64,000 bases of DNA from an uncultured Gemmatimonadales bacterium (GTDB taxonomy: Bacteria > Gemmatimonadota > Gemmatimonadetes > Gemmatimonadales > GWC2-71-9), in the NCBI GenBank assembly GCA_963828735.1, contig CAWHFW010000003.1, positions 192,001 through 256,000 of the forward strand, written 5' to 3'. The notes beneath the pieces are model-generated. The model saw only the letters and a program-made list of their open reading frames with translations. It did not search any database and was not told the DNA's origin. Position 1 is the stretch's first letter. Every line of letters starts with the position of its first letter. Shown piece by piece: positions 30,902 through 40,501 of this stretch. Both the position numbers and the translations under genes were made by a program.

Positions 30902-31826
30902 ATGTCGGTTTCGCGGTACCATAGTGTTCCGACCTATGAGGGTATGCGCCTGCCCTTCGAGCCCGACCATCAGTACGTCCGCCATCCCTTCGCGACCGCG
31001 ATAACGACCGCGGGCCGGGTGCTGTTCACCCGGCCCGGCGGGCCGGTTAAGCACTGCACGAACCCAGACCCCGGGGCTGCATCGGAGTTGTGGGACGCCC
31101 TGGCGAGGCCGATCCGCGGACGCGACCTGGTTTCCCGGTCCCGCCTGGAGCCGAGAAGTGCCGCGGCTCTCATGGAGTTTCTGCTCGAGCACCAGATTGT
31201 CATGCCTTGGACCCTGACGGAATCCGAGCCCACCGACTCACGGCCGGATCTCGAGGACACGGTGCGGCCCTGCCATCATCTCGTCTTGGGTATCACGGGC
31301 GCGGTGCAAGCCGTGTTCGCTCCGCACATCGTTCAGCGTCTCGCATCCCACTTCACCGATCGACTCGACGTAGTGCTCACCGAGTCCGCCCAGAAGTTCG
31401 TACAGCCGAGGTCGCTGTCGGTTCTGGGCGTTTCCGTCTGGTCCGATCCGTTTGACCCTCTGGAGGCCGGCAGGGTCATCCACATCGAGCTGGCGACACA
31501 GGCGCAGCTGGTCTTGGTGTATCCAGCCACGGCGGATGCGATCTTCCGCCGGCGCACGGCTCTGCTCCGATCTCCTCTCCTTGATCGTGAGTGCCACGGT
31601 AGCGCCGGTCGTCATCGTGCCCAGCATGAATCCCGCCATGTGGCGGCACCCGCCCACCCAACGCAACCTCCGGACATTGCGGGACGACGGTGCCTTCGTG
31701 GTGGAGCCCGGTCCGGCAAGGTCGGCGGCGAGTCGAGCGGACAGCGAGGCGGGCGGACCCGGACTAGGACCGGACGCCGCGAACCTGATCGGCATTCTGG
31801 AAGCCATCCTGCATCTCAACAGATGA
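30902..31826 (+). CDS. HFCD (LanD/EpiD-like) flavoprotein Cys decarboxylase with N-terminal RRE-like domain; apparent frameshift at ~31550
   Basis: LVLGITGAV, VVLTESAQKFV, HIELA, YPATAD, then in a shifted frame LCSDLLSL..VPSMNPAMW. Restoring two single bases gives IFRLAHGLCSDLL, matching the HFCD consensus. Confidence 0.85.
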
Positions 31827-32025
31827 ACCCCTCCGGTGACTGGGGGAGATGGAACTGCTGGGGATCCTCGACCACCTCGATCTCCTCCGACTCTGATACG
31901 GTTACACCGTACTCGCCTAACACTGTCCTCGGGTCTGCCTTGAACCGTTCTCTGAAGGCCGGATCGGCCCACGCCCGCTCTACGATCTGCCGGTAGATAT
32001 CAAATTTGTCAGGGGGGATAGCCAT
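31816..32025 (-). CDS. RiPP precursor with nitrile-hydratase-like leader (NHLP) and C-terminal Cys
   Basis: IVERAWADPAFRERFKADPRTVLGEYG..IEVVED..HLP leader; GAGGAGG RBS 5 nt before ATG; 54 bp downstream of YcaO; ends GFIC*. Confidence 0.88.
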   Translation of the reverse strand: MAIPPDKFDIYRQIVERAWADPAFRERFKADPRTVLGEYGVTVSESEEIEVVEDPQQFHLPQSPEGFIC

Positions 32026-32079
32026 ACGTGCCTCCTCGGTGCGTGGTGCGGTTGAGCTACCGCCTCAGGACGAGGCCAA

Positions 32080-34251
32080 TCAAAGGAAGAAGCCGATAGG
32101 GTTCAGCTCCGCTTCGACACGAGGCCGGTCGAGCCACCCCGCCTCGACCGGAGCGGTATACAACCGGCCCGGCGCGAACCGCGCCCGGAAGTGCCGGAGC
32201 TCCGGGACGATCGCCTTGATCACCGGGACGCCGATGTCGGGACGGGTCTGATCGAGAAACAGCAGCTTCAGGCCGCGGCGCGCGAGCAGCTCTTCGCAAC
32301 GCCCGAGATCACGCGCGAGATCGGTCGTCGCCAAGGGAGGCACGTCGTCGAGGCGTACAAGCGGAACCGGTGCTGGAGCGAGATACGGCTGATCCACGAT
32401 GGTGGCCTCGCGAAGCCAACGGTCCACCGCAGGATCCAGGCTTCCAGACCTCTCCGCCGATGCAATGCACGTTCGCACCTGCTCCATCTCGGTCAGCGCC
32501 CGCCTGAGCGCCGCCGCAGGGTCGAGATGGGTGCCGAAGCCGAGTACGATGCGTTCAGGACCTGCGGCGGTCTGCCGGGAGATCGCCGCGAAAGTAGGAA
32601 TGCCGATGTCGCTAGTGATATCGATGGCCCATAGCTCCCTGCCCAGTGAGCGATAGTGCGCCACCAAGCTCTCGCAGTAAGGGGCTTGGGTGCGGGCGAG
32701 ATCGATTCCTGGCCGGGCGACGCGGTTGTACCACCAGAGCGCGAGGCTGTCCCGCTCGACCAGCTCCATCAGGCCCCGCAGCAGCGCCTCCTCTCGGGAG
32801 CTCGCAGCGGCACTGCCGCTCGGATCCGGCAGGCAGTACGCCGCCCGATCCCCCAGCGGATAGCCGGTGTAGAGCAGCATCGTCGGCAGATATCTGCAAT
32901 CGTCACCCGAGAGCGACCGGAGCGGAGTCCATTCGATCGGATCCGCCGGATCGAGCGGGAGAGGAACGTCGCTGGTGCGGGGGGCGCCCGCATCGGGGCG
33001 CTCGCGCCGGCGGTACTGCGCCTCGCTGAACTGCATGCACTCATTGGGGTGGATCGCGGCCGGCCCGAGCGCTTCTAAGGAAGCCAGAACGCGAGGCTCG
33101 TCTCCTTGAAAGACCCCGGAATACCGCTCGATTGCCTCGCCGAGCGCGCTCACGCGCGCCTCTTCGTCAGTCATGCCCTTGCCGGTGCCGCGATCCAACC
33201 CGGTCTCAGACTGGACGCGCTCCTCGTGCAGCGGGTCCGCCGCATAGCGGGCGACATGGACGTAGAGCGGTGCTCCCTCCTCGGATGGCAGCCGCCGCAG
33301 GTCCACGGCGACCCCGACCACGGGATCAACCAGGCCCTCCCAGCGGTGAAGCGTCGCTACGTCTTCGCCTTCCAGGTACGTGCCTCCTTTGGGCAGCCGA
33401 AGCGGTGAGGTGGAAAGCCGGCCGTATAGCGCGGGGTCCCCGCACGCCGGGCACTGCGGCCTCCAAGGAACCCGGTGTGTCCGCAGCGGTTTGCCTATGG
33501 AGTCGAAACTGACGATCGCGTCGGGGGCGGCAGCGGTGAGTTGGCGTGCGAGGAGGCCAGCGAAGAGGGCCGAGCCCGGCCACCCGGGGCTGAGGGGCCG
33601 CACCGGGCGCGACTGTCCAAGGAGCCGGTACTCGTGCGGATGATTCCGTCTCAGACGGTCCGCTAGACAGCGCCAGCAGCAGCTGGCATGGGGATGAAAG
33701 TGCGGGCCGATCCAGATCGCCGGACCGACAGGCCGGGCCAGCAGCCACGATTGGCCGGTTTCGAGCGCGGCCTGATTGAGCCCGGCGAGCTCCGGGCGAA
33801 GGTAGCTGTCCGTCAGAACGACGGAGAGCGGGGCCGAATCGTCGAGCACGAAGCCGCAGGCCTGAAGCGCCTCGGCAGCGACGCCGCTCGGGACGTCTCC
33901 GAGAGTCGTCAGCGCGATCCGCACTCCGGCGGCGGTGACGGGACCCCCGGAAGCTGCGCCGCGCTTCCCTGCATCCGACCTCTCCGCGGCGCAGGGCGCA
34001 TCCACCACACACCCCAGGCGTTCCAACTGCCACAGCGCGTACCACACGTCCACGCGCCGCCAGCCGGCCTCGAAGTGCTTGATCAGTAGTTCGGTGCTGG
34101 TCGGGCCATTTAGGAGCGGAAGCAGATGCTCGTACAGTCCGGTTGGAAGCAGAGCATCGCCGTCGTCGGAGAGGAGCAGCACTCCCCGGCCTTCCCAAAG
34201 CAGGGCTCGGTGGTCGTCCTTCAACCTCGGGTGCTGTAGCATCACCGACAC
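32080..34251 (-). CDS. fused RRE-E1(ocin-ThiF)-YcaO cyclodehydratase
   Basis: N-terminal RRE; TDSYL, WIGP, CWRC and RPQCPACG; YcaO motifs GKG..SALGEAIERYSG, EEALLRGLMELVERD, RALTEMEQ; ends ELNPIGFFL. Confidence 0.93.
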   Translation of the reverse strand: MSVMLQHPRLKDDHRALLWEGRGVLLLSDDGDALLPTGLYEHLLPLLNGPTSTELLIKHFEAGWRRVDVWYALWQLERLGCVVDAPCAAERSDAGKRGAASGGPVTAAGVRIALTTLGDVPSGVAAEALQACGFVLDDSAPLSVVLTDSYLRPELAGLNQAALETGQSWLLARPVGPAIWIGPHFHPHASCCWRCLADRLRRNHPHEYRLLGQSRPVRPLSPGWPGSALFAGLLARQLTAAAPDAIVSFDSIGKPLRTHRVPWRPQCPACGDPALYGRLSTSPLRLPKGGTYLEGEDVATLHRWEGLVDPVVGVAVDLRRLPSEEGAPLYVHVARYAADPLHEERVQSETGLDRGTGKGMTDEEARVSALGEAIERYSGVFQGDEPRVLASLEALGPAAIHPNECMQFSEAQYRRRERPDAGAPRTSDVPLPLDPADPIEWTPLRSLSGDDCRYLPTMLLYTGYPLGDRAAYCLPDPSGSAAASSREEALLRGLMELVERDSLALWWYNRVARPGIDLARTQAPYCESLVAHYRSLGRELWAIDITSDIGIPTFAAISRQTAAGPERIVLGFGTHLDPAAALRRALTEMEQVRTCIASAERSGSLDPAVDRWLREATIVDQPYLAPAPVPLVRLDDVPPLATTDLARDLGRCEELLARRGLKLLFLDQTRPDIGVPVIKAIVPELRHFRARFAPGRLYTAPVEAGWLDRPRVEAELNPIGFFL

Positions 34252-34421
34252 TCGCAGCGCGCTCGGAGGCGCGCCCCTGTCCCCGTCCCGCGCGACTCGG
34301 CCAGGGTGTCCAGATGGGAGTTACGCCCGTAGATTTGCGATGGGCGGCTCGACTGTTACGGGCCAACCTATGGGCCGGGCCGGGGCTTGGGCTAGGTCGC
34401 CCCACTTCCCAGGGACCCCAC

Positions 34422-37400
34422 GTGTCCAAGACAGGAGTGACCTGCCCATCCTGCGGCGAGACCGCTCCGGATGAGGCAAGCGCCTGCCGGTCCTGCGGGG
34501 CCTCGCTGAGCGAGGCCCATTTGAGGCCCGGCTCCTACCGGCGGCTTCAGGAAGCCGTGGCTGACCGGTACGTGATTGAGCGCCGTCTCGGTCACGGCGG
34601 AATGGCTCTCGTCTATCTGGCACGCGACCTGAGGCACGACCGCCTCGTCGCTCTCAAGGTCCTCTCGCCGGAGCTCGCGGCCAACCTTGGGGCCGAGCGT
34701 TTCCTTCACGAGATCCAGGTCGCCGCACACCTTCAGCACCCACACATCCTGACGCTGCTGGACTCGGGCACCTTCCAGTGGGATCCCGGCATCCCGGGCT
34801 TGTACTACGTCATGCCCTACGCCAGGGACGAATCGCTCCGAGAGCGGATTGAGCGTGAGACTCAGCTTCCCCTCGCAGAGGCCCTCCGCATCACCCGCGA
34901 AGTTGCCGGCGCCCTCGATTACGCCCATCGCGAAGGGGTAGTGCATCGGGATATCAAGCCAGGGAACATCCTGCTCTCCGACGGGCATGCCCTGGTCGCC
35001 GACTTCGGCATCGCGCGTGCGATCCACAGCTCTGCCGGCGACCGCTTGACGGACTCAGGTATCGCCGTCGGCACTCCCTCCTATATGAGCCCAGAGCAGG
35101 CCACGGGTCGTGAGGCGGATGCGAGAAGTGACATCTACAGCCTCGGCTGCGTTCTCTACGAGATGCTCGTCGGCGAGCCGCCGTTCACCGGTCCGACCCG
35201 GCAGGCGATCGCCGCCCGGCGGCTCACCGAACCTGTTCCGCACATCAGAACCGTGCGTGAGAACGTGCCCGAGCGCGTGGAACGTGTTATCCGCAAGGCG
35301 CTCGCGAAGGTGCCGGCCGACCGCTTCGCCACAGCGGCAGACATGGCCGAGGCACTCGGGGCCGTGAGGCCCAGCTCGGGCACGGCGGTGGCCGGCTCCA
35401 AGCGCCGGGCGAAGCGCTCTTGGCGGCTCTCCGCTCGTCTCACCTGGGGGCTGCTAGCGGCGGTGGCGGCTGTGGCGCTCGCGGTCGTGTGGGCACTTCG
35501 GCGCCCCGCAGGGGCGCCAGAGGATTCTCTAGTCTCACGAGTGGCCATCCTGCCGTTCGCCGCGCAAGGTGGGGAGCAGACGAATCAGCTGAGCGGAGCC
35601 ATCGTCACCCTTCTCAGCTCCGCGCTCGATGGCGTGGGGGAGCTGCGGACAGTGGCTCCGAGCGCTGTGTTAGGGGCGGCGGGTGAAGGGGCCGCGCAAC
35701 CGCTGGACCAGAAGCAGGAGCAAGCTATCGCCACCCGGCTCGGCGCGCGGCGGTATGTCTCGGGCACCGTCGTGGAAGGCGCCGACGGTCGCGTGACCGT
35801 CAGCGCCTCGGCGTACGACCTGCGGTCCGGTCTTCTCTCGGAGCGGATCACCGTCGAGGGCAGAAAGCCGGGTGACATATTCCGCCTGGTCAACGACCTG
35901 GCGGTGCAGTTGCTGGGCGCGTTCGGCATTCACCAGGCGCCGCCCCGTCTGGAGAGCATCAGCACCAACTCGGTTGTCGCCCTCAACGAGTACCTCAAGG
36001 GTGAGAGCGCGCTGCGTCGCGGCGACTATGGACAAGCCGTGACCTCCTTCGGGCACGCGGTGGCGGCGGACAGCCTCTTCGCTCTGGCCTGGTTCCGGCA
36101 AGCGTACGCCCTGACTTTCACGGAAACGCCTGAGGGGGGGGAGCGCCCACTGCGCCGGGCGCTTGCCCTGGCGAACCGGCTCTCCGTGCGGGACCGCCGC
36201 CTCGCGGAAGCGTTCAACGCCGCGATCAACGTGGATCCCCAGCGAGCCGACCGCCTCTACCGCGCCCTGGTGTATGAGTACCCGGACGATGTGGAGGCCT
36301 GGTTCGGTCGCGCGGATGTGATGCTTCATTTCGGGCCGCTGTATGGACTGGCCATGGACTCGCTGAGCTACGCGTTCCAGCGCGTCCTTTTCCTGGACCC
36401 CGCTCATTCGGAGGCTCGGACCCACCTGCCGTGGGCAGCGGCACTGGATCTCCGGCTTGGCTTGCTCGACTCGGCCGCTCGTGCGCTCTCGACCGATTCG
36501 AAGGGATACTACACTCCAGTATTTCGAATCTTCCGCGCTTTCAGCAAACGCGACTCCGCAGCCGAGGACTCGGCGATCTCCGGCTTTCCCACCATGGACG
36601 ACCTGCAACGCCTGTTGGCGGTCAACATGACGGCCACGCTGCAGGACCCGGCAGCAACCGAGCGGCTAGCGCTTCGGCTGTTCACCGACCCCAGCCGTCT
36701 GCCCGAGGTGCAGGCCTTCGGCCACGTCATGGCGGCCTATCTCGAGCTGGCGCGGGGGCGAGGACACGCTGCGTCCCGGGAGCTCGACGCGGCCGACAGG
36801 CTGGATCCCGCCGCGGCGCTGGAGGGACGCGCGCTACTCGTCCTCCACCCCATGTGGGAGCAACCAGATTCCACGGTTCGAAAAGTCCTCGTCCGCCTGC
36901 AGCGGTGGAATGCCGCCACTGCCGCCCCCAGCATCTCGGCCAACCCTTGGCTGGTCCCCCACGACAGCCTTCATCAGCAGATCCGGACCTTCCTGCTGGG
37001 GGCCCTCGGCGCTCGACTGGGCGACGGCGCAGAAGCTCGGCGTCGGGCACGCGAGCTCCTGGAGCTCGACACGGCGACGACGCAAGGAGTCGTCGGCCGG
37101 GCGCTGGGGCATGAGATCCTGGCCTACACGGAAGCGCGGGCGGGGAAGGCAAGGACGCGCTCGGGGAGCTCGATCAGAGCAGCCTGCGAGGCCCTCAGGC
37201 TCGGGTCTGGCAGCGGGCGTACAGCTCACCATTCATGTCCCAGGCCCAGGCGCGGTATCTCCGAGCGGGCATTTTGAGTGATCTCAAGCGGGACCCCGAG
37301 GCGATGAGGTGGTACCACTCGCTGTGGATGGCGAATGCCTTCGATCTCGCCTTCCTGGCACCCGCGCACCTCGGGCAGGCGGAGATCGAGGCGCGCGAGG

Positions 37401-37522
37401 GTAACCGTCAGAACGCGCTGCAACACTACAGGGCCTTCGCGGCGCTCTGGAAGGAGGCGGATCCCGAGCTGCAATGGAGGATCGATCGTGTCAGAAGCAG
37501 TATCGCCAAGCTCGCACAATGA
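34422..37522 (+). CDS. zinc-ribbon Ser/Thr kinase with TM and extracytoplasmic TPR region; frameshift ~37150
   Basis: CPSCG..CRSCG; GHGGMALVY, HRDIKPGN, DFG, GTPSYMSPEQ; TM; C-terminus in ORF 37235-37522 (LWKEADPELQ). Confidence 0.9.
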
Positions 37523-37601
37523 CGGGGGTCGTACTCCAGCTCGAGAGCCTCGAGCTCCTGGCCCTGACGAGGGGCACCGCGACACCGCCACGTTGAGCGG
37601 G

Positions 37602-38171
37602 CTACTTCCCCTTCTCGTACGTCCCCACCAGCTCCACCTTCTCCAGAATGTGCCCCTGCATCGCCCGCTCGAGCGCCGCCTTGGTCGGTTCCTTCAGATC
37701 GCCCAGCGTGGCGTCGAGCGCGTACAGCTTGTGGAAGTACCGATGCCGGCCGACCGGCGGGCAGGGACCGCCGTAGCCCACACGCTTCCAGTCGTTCACG
37801 CCCTCGCGGGCGCCGGCCGGGAGGCTCTTCGACGAGGCGGCCTTCGGGAGCTCGGCCGCCGACGCCGGCATGTCGTACACCACCCAGTGCACCCAGGTCG
37901 TCTTCGGGGCCTTGGGGTCGGGCGCGTCGGGATCGTCGACGATCAGGGCGAAGCTCTTGGTCCCCGCGGGCGCCCCGCCCCACGCGAGCGGCGGCGACTG
38001 GTCCTGGCCTTCGCAGGTGAACTCCTTCGGGATCTGCCCGTTGGCCGTGAACGCGGGCGAGCTGATCGAGAGCGTCATGGGTGCCTCCTGCGAGGGGGCG
38101 GGCCGGGGCGGGAGCGGCCCGATCAGGATCAGGCAGGCCGTGAGCGGGGCGGCGGTGCGAAGCGAGTGCAT
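37602..38171 (-). CDS. YbhB/YbcL (PEBP, Raf kinase inhibitor-like) protein
   Basis: FTCEGQDQSPPL, DPDAP, WVHWV, YGGPCPP, HRYFHKLYALD; start at 38171 (signal peptide) or 38078. Confidence 0.93.
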   Translation of the reverse strand: MHSLRTAAPLTACLILIGPLPPRPAPSQEAPMTLSISSPAFTANGQIPKEFTCEGQDQSPPLAWGGAPAGTKSFALIVDDPDAPDPKAPKTTWVHWVVYDMPASAAELPKAASSKSLPAGAREGVNDWKRVGYGGPCPPVGRHRYFHKLYALDATLGDLKEPTKAALERAMQGHILEKVELVGTYEKGK

Positions 38172-38708
38172 TGGCAGGGTCCTCCAGTGGCCTTCCTTAT
38201 AGTAGCGCCACGGGATTCCAGCAGGTGAAGCGGGACCGCCACTGACGCCGTGGCATCCGCCGCGTGAGCCGCGCCGCCACTCCCCTGCGGGTCCCTTGCG
38301 ATCGCACCCGCGTTCAGGCGAGATGTGCGCGAGTGACTGGGTTGCCCACACGGGCGAGGGTCCGATGCGGCGCTCGAGCTTTCGCTGGCGCGGCACGGAC
38401 CGACGACAACCTGTCGGCCCAGTCGGACGAGTTCGGCGACCGGTTCGCGGGCGCGCTCGACGCGCCGCTGCTCCACTTCTACCATTACTGGTGCGGAGAC
38501 GGGCGGGAGGGAATCGACTTCACGTTCAGACGCGGTGGCCAAACAACACGACGGCGCACTCGCCCCGAAGGTCGAGCAAACGTCTGCCGCAAAGCGTAGA
38601 ACTGCAGCAAACGGGTCTGTAGGTGCTTGTCAGAACCGTCGCCAAAATGTAACGTGACCCTACTCCTGCTTTGCATAGGGCCTTAGCCCCGGTCCCCCGA
38701 GAGCGACT

Positions 38709-39746
38709 GTGCTCCGTTTTGTGAATGACCCGACCTTCATTGTGCCGGACCATCTCGTCGCTCCGAGCGCCGAGCCATTGATTGTTCACCAACACACCAA
38801 TCCATCTCTGAATTCGGCCATCGTCCTCTTCGTCCACGGCCTGGGAGGCGACCGGTACGCTACCTGGGGCAACTTTCCAGCCTTTCTTTTTCAGGAGCTT
38901 CCCGGGTGCGACATCGGTCTGTACAGCTATCGCACCTTCCTGGGCAGGATCAAGTTTTGGAGGTCGATCAGCCTCGATGCGGAAGCCGAAGCTTTTGCGA
39001 ACCTGCTGCGAGGGCTGGAAGGCTACGACTCAATCGTCCTTGTCGGGCACAGCATGGGCGGGCTCCTCTGTAAAGCAGTCGTCGCCTACCTGGTCGATTC
39101 TTTGGAAACCGCTACGCTCGATCGCATCAAAGGTGAAGTATTGATGGCCGCCCCACAGCTCGGTTCGCTCTGGATCCCGCGGGCGTTCGCCTGGCTGACG
39201 AGCGATACCAGGGCGCTGAGCGCTCACTCCGATTTCGTGCGCCGAATTGAGAAGACCTTCACCAATCGCGTAAACGCCCGGGCAAGTACCGGGGACCCTT
39301 CCCTAGTTCCGCTTCCTGTGTGGATCGTCGCGGCTGCAAACGATCGCTGGGTGGACCCGTTGAGTGCGGGAGTCGGAATCCCTGATGTCCAGAAGATGCT
39401 GGTCAGGGGGCTGCACACCGAGATCGTGAAGCCGACGAGCACGACGAGCGATGCCTACGTGTACGTTCGACGCCTCATTCAGACAGTCTGTAATACCGAG
39501 CCGCGCCTTCTGCCGACCGCCATCGAGCTGCATCAGCCCATCGCGGAGGACAGGACGGTCGTCCGCCGGCTTCTCGTTGGGGCAGTTACGTACGGTGCGA
39601 CCGCCCTCCTCGCGAGCACGGCCCTGTACCAAGCTCTGCAGGTCATTAATCCGAAAGTCGCAGGGACGGCGCTCCTCATAGCATGGGTCAGCCTGCTCCT
39701 GGTGGCAGGGTTCGCGCTGGTTCTCGTCCGCCCACAGAGCTCATAG
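38709..39746 (+). CDS. alpha/beta hydrolase (PGAP1/DUF676-like) with two C-terminal TM helices
   Basis: FVHGLGG, GHSMGG, DRWV, HTEIVKP; hydrophobic C-terminus. Confidence 0.8.
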   Translation: MLRFVNDPTFIVPDHLVAPSAEPLIVHQHTNPSLNSAIVLFVHGLGGDRYATWGNFPAFLFQELPGCDIGLYSYRTFLGRIKFWRSISLDAEAEAFANLLRGLEGYDSIVLVGHSMGGLLCKAVVAYLVDSLETATLDRIKGEVLMAAPQLGSLWIPRAFAWLTSDTRALSAHSDFVRRIEKTFTNRVNARASTGDPSLVPLPVWIVAAANDRWVDPLSAGVGIPDVQKMLVRGLHTEIVKPTSTTSDAYVYVRRLIQTVCNTEPRLLPTAIELHQPIAEDRTVVRRLLVGAVTYGATALLASTALYQALQVINPKVAGTALLIAWVSLLLVAGFALVLVRPQSS

Positions 39747-39756
39747 CGAGGACGAC

Positions 39757-40421
39757 GTGAGCGAAATGCAAGCCCGCAATCGGTGGAAGTTCGAGCTGCT
39801 GCTCAGGTTCCTGGCGGTCGCGCAGATTCCCCTTCTGGTCTTTTCGCTGGCTGTTGTCCTCTATCTGCAGGTTAAGGCTCGCCCGCTTTCGGCAAGAGTC
39901 GCCGCGTTGAACGACACGATCGTGTTGAAATCAGTGAGCGTCGATTCATTGAGGAAGGAGGAGGCTGACGTTCGAGCACGACTACGAACACTTGCCGCTG
40001 CAATCGACACGGTTCAAGCTCATGTGGATTCACAGAAAGCAGGTGGGGCAGCCGTTCAAGCTCAGACCCCACGCGCGAACAGTCCTCCGTCGACGCTGAA
40101 GGAAGGCTGGGTCTATCTAGGGGCGTACGATAGCGCCTCAACCACGTGGTCGAGACGGTATTTCTCGTTTGGGGCTCAAACAAAGCCCGCGAGTCTGGAA
40201 GGAAAGACAGTTTCCGCGAATGCTCAGGTCAACGTGCGTCGCAACCGGTTCTACGAGCCTGGCTACGACACAATCGAGGACGTGCTCCGGCCCCGAAGCC
40301 AAGTGACAATCACCGAGATACGGTCGTGGAACGACGCGGGCACTTCATCTGGGCTCACGTGCGATTCTCGGTACCGAACCGATCGAAACCCGCCGGAGTC
40401 GGCGTCAAGACTTACCCCTGA
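39757..40421 (+). CDS. hypothetical membrane protein (TM, coiled coil, C-domain); small indel ~40341
   Basis: GAGGA RBS after the hydrolase stop; the mirror copy (57944-58477) gives the in-frame end WNDAGYFIWAHVRF...KTYP*. Confidence 0.7.
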
Positions 40422-40501
40422 CCTGTCGGCAGCCCCGAGCCGCATCATATCAGTAGTGGCGGCGGCACGACGACTACGACGCGTCACAACCGCGCGTAGC
40501 C

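Noticed and set aside
30902..31826. Housekeeping CoaC/CoaBC
   Set aside because: No CoaB domain, no clamp Cys, an extra N-terminal domain, and RiPP context.
31816..32025. Nitrile hydratase alpha subunit
   Set aside because: Only 69 aa, no CxxCSC metal site and no beta subunit; adjacency to YcaO indicates an NHLP precursor.
34422..37522. Lanthipeptide kinase/dehydratase supplying Dha for AviCys
   Set aside because: No lyase or LanC domain; the architecture is a membrane signalling kinase.
38520..38700. Integron attC site before the low-GC islet
   Set aside because: No convincing paired RYYYAAC/GTTRRRY boxes and no integrase.
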